Positions 57,372 to 64,000 of a stretch of DNA of 64,000 nucleotides are shown here, piece by piece. A model generated the notes under the pieces. That model did no database searches and had not been told where the DNA came from. It was given only the letters and a program-made list of their open reading frames with translations. Position 1 is the first letter of the stretch; each line of letters starts with the position of its first letter. The stretch comes from Gemmatimonadota bacterium. GTDB lineage: Bacteria > JAAXHH01. The stretch is from NCBI GenBank assembly GCA_026702745.1, contig JAPPBT010000046.1, forward strand, positions 17,884 through 81,883, given 5' to 3'. A program made the position numbers and the translations under genes.

Positions 57372-58769
57372 GTGAACCCAGTCGACGCAACCTCCGCGGT
57401 CCCGGCATCGTCCATGCCCTCGGCCGGAGGAGATCCGGTCCCGGCATCGTCCATGCCCTCGGCCGGAGGAGATCCGGTCCCGATCCCGGCGTTTCACGTG
57501 ATGATGAAACCCCGGGGGGCCATCTGCAACCTCGACTGCAAGTACTGCTATTTCCTCGCCAAGGAGGATTTGTACCCCGAAAGCGGGTTCCGCATGTCCG
57601 ACGAACTGCTCGAGGAGTACACCAGGCAGTACATCGAAGCCCAGCAGGTGCCGGAAGTCACTTTTGCCTGGCAGGGCGGCGAGCCTACGCTCATGGGCCT
57701 CGAGTTCTTCCAAAAGGCCGTCGAACTCCAGAAGAAGTACCAGAAACCCGACACGCGCATCTTCAATTCCCTGCAAACCAACGGCACGCTACTCGACGCG
57801 GACTGGTGCCGTTTCTTCCACGAAAAAGACTTTCTGATCGGCCTGAGCCTGGATGGCCCCCGTGCGCTGCACGACGCCTACCGGGTCGACAAGGGCGGCA
57901 AGCCGACCTTCGACACGGTGATGGGCGCGGCGGAGATGATGCAGGCAAGCGAGGTGGAGTTCAACATCCTGACCACGGTGCACGCGGCGAACGCGGAGCA
58001 CCCCCTGGAAGTCTACCGCTTCATGCGGGACGTGGTCAAGACCCGGTTCCTGCAGTTCATCCCCATCGTGGAGCGGGACAACGACACGGGGTACCAGGAA
58101 GGCAACGACGTGACGGGCCGGTCAGTGACGGGGAAGCAGTACGGCCGGTTCCTGATCCGGATCTTCGACGAATGGGTGCGCCGGGACGTGGGGAAAATGT
58201 ACGTGCAGATCTTCGACGTGTCGCTCGCCGCCTGGTCCGGCCAGAGCCCGGGATTGTGCATTTTCATGGAGACCTGCGGCGATGCCCTGGCCCTGGAACA
58301 CAACGGAGATCTCTACGCCTGCGACCACTATGTCGAGCCGGACTACCTACTGGGAAACATCACCGAGATCCCGATGATGGAGATGGTCCTGTCCGAGCAG
58401 CAGCGGGACTTCGGTCAGGCCAAGCTGGACACGTTACCGCAGTACTGCCTGTCATGCGATGTGCGGTTCATCTGCAATGGGGGATGTCCGAAGAACCGCA
58501 TCATCACGACGCCCGACGGCGAACCGGGCCTGAACTACCTTTGCGAGGGGTACAAGGCCTTCTTCCACCACATCGACGGCCCCATGCGTTTCATGGCCAA
58601 CGAACTGCGCCACCGGCGGGCCCCCGCCAACGTGATGACGTACATACGCCGGCGCGAAGCCGAACTCAGCATGCAGAAAGCGTTCCGGACGGCGGGGAGA
58701 AACGACCCATGTCCGTGCGGAAGCGGCCTGAAGTTCAAACGGTGCCACGGTCGGCAGGCCGGCGCCTGA
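57372..58769 (+). CDS. Anaerobic sulfatase-maturating enzyme (radical SAM / SPASM) with a C-terminal SEC-C zinc motif. The true start is probably the ATG at 57501.
   Basis: CNLDCKYCY is the CxxxCxxC radical-SAM motif, and SPASM cysteines are present (CLSCDVRFICNGGCPKN). The C-terminal tail is CPCGSGLKFKRCHG. The GTG at 57372 has a GAGG ribosome-binding site. The N-terminus contains a 39-bp in-frame tandem duplication. Confidence 0.8.
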   Translation: MNPVDATSAVPASSMPSAGGDPVPASSMPSAGGDPVPIPAFHVMMKPRGAICNLDCKYCYFLAKEDLYPESGFRMSDELLEEYTRQYIEAQQVPEVTFAWQGGEPTLMGLEFFQKAVELQKKYQKPDTRIFNSLQTNGTLLDADWCRFFHEKDFLIGLSLDGPRALHDAYRVDKGGKPTFDTVMGAAEMMQASEVEFNILTTVHAANAEHPLEVYRFMRDVVKTRFLQFIPIVERDNDTGYQEGNDVTGRSVTGKQYGRFLIRIFDEWVRRDVGKMYVQIFDVSLAAWSGQSPGLCIFMETCGDALALEHNGDLYACDHYVEPDYLLGNITEIPMMEMVLSEQQRDFGQAKLDTLPQYCLSCDVRFICNGGCPKNRIITTPDGEPGLNYLCEGYKAFFHHIDGPMRFMANELRHRRAPANVMTYIRRREAELSMQKAFRTAGRNDPCPCGSGLKFKRCHGRQAGA

Positions 58770-58772
58770 ACC

Positions 58773-59429
58773 CTACATATAGTATCCGCGTTCCACCGCG
58801 AGGGTGAGGGACAGTTCGATGTCCGAGATCGCCCTCGACATGGCCTGGCCGATGAGGTCCAGCTTGCGCACCTGATCGATGCGATCGGCGGCCTGGGCGA
58901 GTTCCCGCGAGGACAGGATCTCTTTGAAGAGGTTGCACGCGTGGGCAAGGTTGATGATCACCACGTCCCGCGGGCTGGGGATCATATCGCTGAACAGCAC
59001 TTCCATGATGCGGAGCTTGACTTCACGCTCGGCTGTTCCATCGATGATGGGATAGCGCCGCGACCGGAACACCCACAGGAACTGGCCTTCTTCCTTTTTC
59101 AGGATACCCCGTTCGACAAGCCGGTCGATGGCCGTCTCCCGGATGTCTTCGGCGCGGTCGACGACGTGCTCGATCCAATACCGCGCCCCGTGCGTTTCGG
59201 ACGACGCCGCGATGTCCGCCAGCACGGGATCGAGAAGATTGTCTCCCAGGGGTTTCGAATCCACGAGGACCAGCTTGTCGACATCGGTATCGATGCGGTT
59301 TTCGAGGGCGAGGTCCATCAACACGCCACCGGCGAGACCGTATCGTAGCAGACGGTCGGGCACGCCCACGAATTTCCCGTCGTCGTCGAGCATGAGCAGC
59401 AGGATCTCTTCCGCGAATCTTAACATCAT
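58773..59429 (-). CDS. GPP34/GOLPH3-like family protein (bacterial homolog; function unknown)
   Basis: The N-terminus MMLRFAEEILLLMLDDDGKF is typical of the family. 218 aa. Confidence 0.55.
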   Translation of the reverse strand: MMLRFAEEILLLMLDDDGKFVGVPDRLLRYGLAGGVLMDLALENRIDTDVDKLVLVDSKPLGDNLLDPVLADIAASSETHGARYWIEHVVDRAEDIRETAIDRLVERGILKKEEGQFLWVFRSRRYPIIDGTAEREVKLRIMEVLFSDMIPSPRDVVIINLAHACNLFKEILSSRELAQAADRIDQVRKLDLIGQAMSRAISDIELSLTLAVERGYYM

Positions 59430-59606
59430 CTCTCCCCGGTCGTTGTTCGAGTTTCGTAGGTGCCGCTGGTATCCCCGCCATCTGGAAGATTTCGCATGAG
59501 ATTTCAGCCAGCCACAGTTTACTTTACTATGTGAAACATTAATACGTGTTCGATTTCATGCCCGGTGTCAAGGGAATAAAGCGTCTCCAGCGCCTGCGGG
59601 CTCGAA

Positions 59607-61979
59607 TCAGAAATGACGCGCGAGTTCCACGCCCCAGTAAGGCGGTTCGTTGACGAATCCGGTCAGGTTGTTGAAATCTATGCCGCCGGTAAGCGATACG
59701 TCATCGAAAATGTTTCGGCCGACCAGGGAAATCTCCGTCCCGCTGTTCCCCACCAGATAGGAGAGGCGCACGCCGCATTCCAGCAAACGGTCGTCCTGGA
59801 ATTCCACGGATTCGTAGAGGAAGAAGCGCACCACGCTGCGGAAGGCCAGGTCGGCGGAGGCAATAAGATAGGACCCGCCCGGCAGGGCCAACGGATAGCG
59901 CAGGGCCGCATCCGCGATCCATCGAGGCGCCTGGGGCAGCCCGTTGCCGTCGATCAGGACCGTACCGGGCTCAGGACCGGCTGGATCCAGCACGGTGCAC
60001 GGCGCGCCACATGGCTGCACGGCGAGTCGCCTATCGTCTATTCGGGTATGGTTGTAACTCAGTCCGCCCGTTATCTGTAACCCGCCCGGAGACGCGAGGG
60101 CCACCTCCGCCTCGAACCCCCGTCCCAGGGTCCTGTCCGCGTTGACCAGCCGGTTGAAGTTGGTCTCGCCGCCCACGGCGGTGAGTTGCTGGTTCCGCAG
60201 CCGGTAGTGAAACGCGGACAGATCGAGGCGAACCCGTCCGTCCCACAGACGCATTTTGGCCCCGCCTTCGATGGAGTGTATCGTTTCTGTATCGGCTATG
60301 GAGACCTCGTCGCCGAAGAGCAGGCGGCCCTGGATGCTCGGTGCGCGAAAACCCCGGGCGGCGCGCACGTAGGTCTGGACCCGGGGCGACGCGGCATACC
60401 GCATGCTCAGGTCGCCGCTCCACGCGTTGTCGGTCGGATTGCGCCGGATGGGTCCTATCGTGCCGGCTCCGGTGACCGCGGGCGCTTCGTCCCGCCACGC
60501 AGCATAGTCCTTCGCGTCGTGGGAAAACCGAAGCCCGCCGGCAATCTCCAGCGCGTCTCCCAGGTGCAGGGTGGATGCGAGGAACGCGGCCCACGCCTCA
60601 GCCTCCTGGTGCTGCCGTGTGAATCCGTCGGAGGTCCCGCCGGAGAACGTATCGTAGTTGTAATCCTCGATGTCCACCGATTCACTCAGGTAGTACAGGC
60701 CGATCTGGTAGTCCAGGGGCCGGTGTTCCTGGCTCACCAGGCGTAATTCCTGGCTGATCTGGCGCAGAAAGGGAATACCCCCCGACGTCTCGGAGGGGAA
60801 GGGTATAACCCCCGGTCCGCTGGGGAGGCTGAATACCGCGCCGAAGCCGCCGTCGATATCACCGCGGGCGAAGCTTTCGAGGCGTTCCATGCCGGTCAGG
60901 GACACAAGTTGGTGCCGGTCCATCTGGTACCGCAATTCCACTGACATGCCGTGGGCGCGCAGTTCCTGGCTGTTGCGGCCGTCGATTGCGATCCGGTCCC
61001 GGGAGAATCCTTCCACCAGGCCGCCGCGGCCGGGTTTGATGGCATTGGCGCGGAACGCCCGCGCGGAGCCGTCAAAGTCACGGGCATGGAGCTTGACCAG
61101 CGATTCGAAATTCAGCGACGGTTTCCAGCTCAACTGGAGGCGACCGGCCAGTTCCCGGTAGCCGGCAATGGCTTCATTCGGACCGTCGTTTTCGTTATTA
61201 ACCCAATCGTCCCGCCGCTGCAGCAGCACCGAGAGCCGTGCCGTCAGTCCGGAGGATCCGAGCGGTCCCGATACCGCTCCTTCGAAAACGGCGCTGTTGT
61301 AGCGTCCGTAACCCAGGCGGCCGAAACCTTCGAGCGCTTCAGTCGGCCGCGCCGATTCCAGCTTGATGATTCCCGCCGGCGTGTTCCGGCCGAACAGAGT
61401 CCCCTGGGGGCCGCGCAGGACCTCGATCCGGTCCAGGTCGAAGGCGGGATAACCCTTCAGCATGACGTTTTCCAGCACGATGCCGTCATAGACAACGGAA
61501 ACGGGTTGCGACGCGTTCAGGTCGAAGTCCGTATTGCCGAGACCCCGAATGTAGATACGCGGAAATACCCGGCCGTAGGAGGACTCCAGCTGCAGGCTGG
61601 GCACCCGGTTCGAAAGGAATCGCATGTCCATGCCGGAAGCGCGAAGGGCGGTAGACTTCGCTTCCTGTATCGTGGACAGGGACAGCGGGACTTCGAAGGC
61701 GGGCTGCGCACGCTTGCGCGCCGTGACTACGACTTCCTCCATCTCGAAGGCGGGCTCGTCGGTCGGGCTCATGCTTTGCGAACTTGCCTGCTCGAATTGG
61801 CCGAGAGATTCGGACTGGTCCGGTTCCTCGGGCGTCGGTCGGTTATCCTGTGCGGCTGACACGCCGGTGGAGAAGACGAACGCCAGGCACAGGAACGTCC
61901 GCAGGGTAGTGGTAGTGCCTGCGTCCGATGCACACAGCCGGTTACCGCGTAGGGAAGGAAACAATTTGCAGGTATTCAT
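59607..61979 (-). CDS. TonB-dependent outer-membrane receptor
   Basis: Signal peptide, TonB-box/plug region (EEVVVTARK) and C-terminal barrel ending in ...ELARHF. 790 aa. Confidence 0.75.
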   Translation of the reverse strand: MNTCKLFPSLRGNRLCASDAGTTTTLRTFLCLAFVFSTGVSAAQDNRPTPEEPDQSESLGQFEQASSQSMSPTDEPAFEMEEVVVTARKRAQPAFEVPLSLSTIQEAKSTALRASGMDMRFLSNRVPSLQLESSYGRVFPRIYIRGLGNTDFDLNASQPVSVVYDGIVLENVMLKGYPAFDLDRIEVLRGPQGTLFGRNTPAGIIKLESARPTEALEGFGRLGYGRYNSAVFEGAVSGPLGSSGLTARLSVLLQRRDDWVNNENDGPNEAIAGYRELAGRLQLSWKPSLNFESLVKLHARDFDGSARAFRANAIKPGRGGLVEGFSRDRIAIDGRNSQELRAHGMSVELRYQMDRHQLVSLTGMERLESFARGDIDGGFGAVFSLPSGPGVIPFPSETSGGIPFLRQISQELRLVSQEHRPLDYQIGLYYLSESVDIEDYNYDTFSGGTSDGFTRQHQEAEAWAAFLASTLHLGDALEIAGGLRFSHDAKDYAAWRDEAPAVTGAGTIGPIRRNPTDNAWSGDLSMRYAASPRVQTYVRAARGFRAPSIQGRLLFGDEVSIADTETIHSIEGGAKMRLWDGRVRLDLSAFHYRLRNQQLTAVGGETNFNRLVNADRTLGRGFEAEVALASPGGLQITGGLSYNHTRIDDRRLAVQPCGAPCTVLDPAGPEPGTVLIDGNGLPQAPRWIADAALRYPLALPGGSYLIASADLAFRSVVRFFLYESVEFQDDRLLECGVRLSYLVGNSGTEISLVGRNIFDDVSLTGGIDFNNLTGFVNEPPYWGVELARHF

Positions 61980-62253
61980 TGGTCTTCGTCCCGGGGTATG
62001 CAGGGTTATAAGTGAGGTAATTCATGCCAGTTACGGATGCGCCGAAACAAGTCGAAATCATCCGGCACACCCATCGAACCGGACTGGAAATCTGGATGGA
62101 TCGATACGTCCTGTCAAGCCCAACGTCGCTGATAAGGGAGAGGACATACAACACATTCTGAAGGTCGGGACGTCCCTTCGAAACTGCTTGTAGCCGAAAG
62201 CGGACACCGCTATTTTCCGCCACATCATAACCACCCTCTTACCAGGAGAACGG

Positions 62254-63210
62254 ATGAACATGAAGATATTCCACGTCATACCGGCTCTTTGCGTATGCAT
62301 CACGGCACTCCTGTCCTTCCCGCCCGAATCGGCCGCACTGGACCAGCAAGACGAAAGCCGCCGGGGATTCTACTTCGGCATGCAGACCGGCGTATCCCTG
62401 CCCGGAGAGTACGAATCCACGAGAACAAACACCCGGAGCGTACCCACCAACTGCGATCAGTGGCTTCCCGGAGAGATCCTGAACGACGGAACCCCGGTTC
62501 CCCTGCCCCTGTCCGAGTGTTCGCCGCGCCTGTTTCCCGGGAGTCCCAACGGATTCGACCTGGGAAAGGGCATCCTGGCCGGTGTCCAGGCCGGTTATGC
62601 CCTGGGGGCCCTGCGTATCGAAGTCGAGTATTTTCGCAGAGGACAGCGCGGAGCGTTCCTGCCGCTGGTCATCCCGGGCGACGCGAAACAGGCCGAATTC
62701 GTGGAACGCAGCGAGAAGATCAGCGATTTCCGGACGGACAACCTCTTCGCGAATCTCTACTACGACTTCCGCGGCATGCTTTCACCCAATGCAACCCCTT
62801 ACCTGGGCGTGGGCGCAGGTTTGGCGCAACAGAAACTGTTCTACTCGGCGGTCTCCGTCCGGACCAACGACCGGGACCGGATGCGGCAGCTGGGACGCAA
62901 CAGCCACGCCGCCGGGCTGGCATCGCTCGCCGATGCGAAACTCTCCGACAGGATTTTCAGTTTCCAATTCCTCGCCGGCGTGGACTACGCGGTGGACGAG
63001 CGGTTCTCGGCCGGCCTGAAACTGCGGTACGGCAGTGTCGGCGAGTTCCTGGATGGTGAGAATCCCTGGAGGTTGCTGCGGGGACACGAATCCACTGTGG
63101 GGCCGACATCGGGAACAGGTTACGATATGCCCATCCAGTACGAGATCAAGGGGAACCCCTCGCATTTCTGGGGGATATCGCTGGGTCTGCGGTATCACAT
63201 AGGAGGGTAG
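62254..63210 (+). CDS. Outer-membrane beta-barrel protein (OmpA-like/OmpW-like beta-barrel domain)
   Basis: Signal peptide MNMKIFHVIPALCVCITALLS. The alternating hydrophobic pattern fits beta-strands, with Gly/aromatic-rich strand ends. AGGAG ribosome-binding site. Confidence 0.5.
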   Translation: MNMKIFHVIPALCVCITALLSFPPESAALDQQDESRRGFYFGMQTGVSLPGEYESTRTNTRSVPTNCDQWLPGEILNDGTPVPLPLSECSPRLFPGSPNGFDLGKGILAGVQAGYALGALRIEVEYFRRGQRGAFLPLVIPGDAKQAEFVERSEKISDFRTDNLFANLYYDFRGMLSPNATPYLGVGAGLAQQKLFYSAVSVRTNDRDRMRQLGRNSHAAGLASLADAKLSDRIFSFQFLAGVDYAVDERFSAGLKLRYGSVGEFLDGENPWRLLRGHESTVGPTSGTGYDMPIQYEIKGNPSHFWGISLGLRYHIGG

Positions 63211-63304
63211 GGGCTAACGGACGCAATGTTCGACTGGATCGGACCGGTGGGTCATTGGCCGGTATTCGCTGTGACTGGCGTCAGCTTCGGTAAACTTGCT
63301 TAAC

Positions 63305-63347
63305 CCCAAATAAAACGGGCGCCGGAACAGTTTGCTCCGACGCCCGT
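63305..63347. terminator. Intrinsic terminator between the convergent OMP and csp genes; likely bidirectional and strongest for csp
   Basis: Hairpin ACGGGCGCCGGAA-cagtttgc-TCCGACGCCCGT is followed, on the csp strand, by a TTTTATTTGG tract. Confidence 0.4.
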
Positions 63348-63374
63348 GTCGTTTCGTCTGGGTTCGTTACCGCT

Positions 63375-63575
63375 TTACTGCTTTACGACGTTTGCGGCCT
63401 GGAATCCCTTGGGCCCTTCCGTGATATCGAACTCTACCGCATCACCTTCCGAAAGGGACTTGAAACCCTCTCCCTGGATCGCGGAGTAGTGTACGAAAAC
63501 ATCATCGCCACCATCGTGCTCGATAAAACCATAGCCCTTGTGGTCGTTGAACCACTTTACTTTACCGACTGCCAA
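63375..63575 (-). CDS. cspA: Cold-shock protein (CspA family)
   Basis: [34 protein letters not shown] carries the RNP1/RNP2 motifs. 66 aa. Confidence 0.9.
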   Translation of the reverse strand: MAVGKVKWFNDHKGYGFIEHDGGDDVFVHYSAIQGEGFKSLSEGDAVEFDITEGPKGFQAANVVKQ

Positions 63576-63704
63576 TATTGCTCACCACCTTTCAGGCATG
63601 TATAGATACATCTACAACGAAGTCCCTGTTCGACTTACACCCGCATATAGAAAAACGGCAGGACCGTTGGTTCTGATCCGTGCCGCATCGTCTTTTGTAT
63701 TATA
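63576..63704 (-). promoter_or_regulatory. csp leader: candidate promoter (TTGTCT - 18 nt - TATAAT, with the -10 at about 63699-63704) and a 5' UTR of about 115 nt
   Basis: Read on the reverse complement. Long 5' UTRs are characteristic of cspA-type genes. Confidence 0.3.
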
Positions 63705-63835
63705 CGATCATGCAGGAGACAGAGACAAATCCTGATAGTCAATAAACCAGAACTTCTGGAAAAGTCAACACTTTTTTATTGTCACATAGATTGTTGCGAC
63801 AGATCGATGGCCTTCCGGCTTGCTTGTCCGTCTAA

Positions 63836-64000
63836 CCCTCCCCCTGCCTCACCCGGACCTCCATCAGCAGCCAGGCATCCGGGTCGACCAGGACGTCATC
63901 GGGTGCTCCGTCCAGTTTGAAGCGAAATTCGTGCGACCGGTCATGAAGCTCGACCTGCCGGCGTTCCTGCCGGTCTTTCGCCACGAAGGCGAGCGTTACG
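63836..64000 (-). CDS. C-terminal end of a hypothetical protein; the gene starts beyond the window end
   Basis: The open frame reads ...FKLDGAPDDVLVDPDAWLLMEVRVRQGEG* in coding-like composition. Confidence 0.3.

Overview
This window is a high-GC bacterial chromosomal segment with about 55 genes, most of them metabolic or regulatory. I found no integrase, transposase, phage gene or CRISPR array. Because GC content is very high, the six-frame track contains many long antisense ORFs; I treated these as artefacts.

The main blocks, in order:
- 1-5.1 kb: a cluster plausibly feeding methionine/2-oxobutanoate to propionyl-CoA. It holds a partial TPP-dependent E1 alpha gene, a small membrane protein, a LON N-domain protein, a catalytic-domain-only methylmalonyl-CoA mutase and a Cys/Met-family PLP enzyme.
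- 5.2-5.8 kb: a MarR regulator whose 3' end overlaps a tRNA-Gln(TTG) on the opposite strand.
- 6.5-15.1 kb: a family-5 substrate-binding protein (SBP) in an operon with a dCache/HAMP histidine kinase and a sigma54 (NtrC-type) response regulator. These are followed by a GT2 glycosyltransferase and a TonB-dependent receptor with a matching -24/-12 sigma54 promoter.
- 15-24 kb: housekeeping genes (RNase R, MBL hydrolase, DegT aminotransferase + GNAT, AhcY, Trm112-like, a membrane transporter).
- 24-28.7 kb: a 1300-aa fused hydantoinase A/B-type enzyme divergent from a beta-carbonic anhydrase.
- 28.8-31.9 kb: a hisH-hisF pair co-oriented with a Tat-exported D-aminoacylase.
- 33.4-40.3 kb: a catabolic operon (two enolase-superfamily paralogs, Gfo/Idh/MocA, AKR, a second family-5 SBP) interrupted by a low-GC MNT/HEPN toxin-antitoxin cassette whose HEPN gene is decayed.
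- 44.4-46.7 kb: a SelD fused to an NADH-dehydrogenase-like domain, with Cys at the active site.
- 47.8-58.8 kb: an 11-kb, same-strand operon containing an RraA-like protein, three Cys-type sulfatases, a third family-5 SBP, a PhyH-family dioxygenase, an uncharacterised 466-aa protein and an anaerobic sulfatase-maturating radical SAM enzyme. A 4 x 13-bp direct-repeat array sits just upstream.
- 58.8-64 kb: a GPP34-like protein, a second TonB receptor, an OMP beta-barrel and a cold-shock gene.

Short tandem duplications of 18-50 bp recur at gene boundaries across the window. The most system-like candidates are the SBP/dCache-kinase/sigma54/TonB-receptor sensing module and the large sulfatase operon with its repeat array and unknown components.
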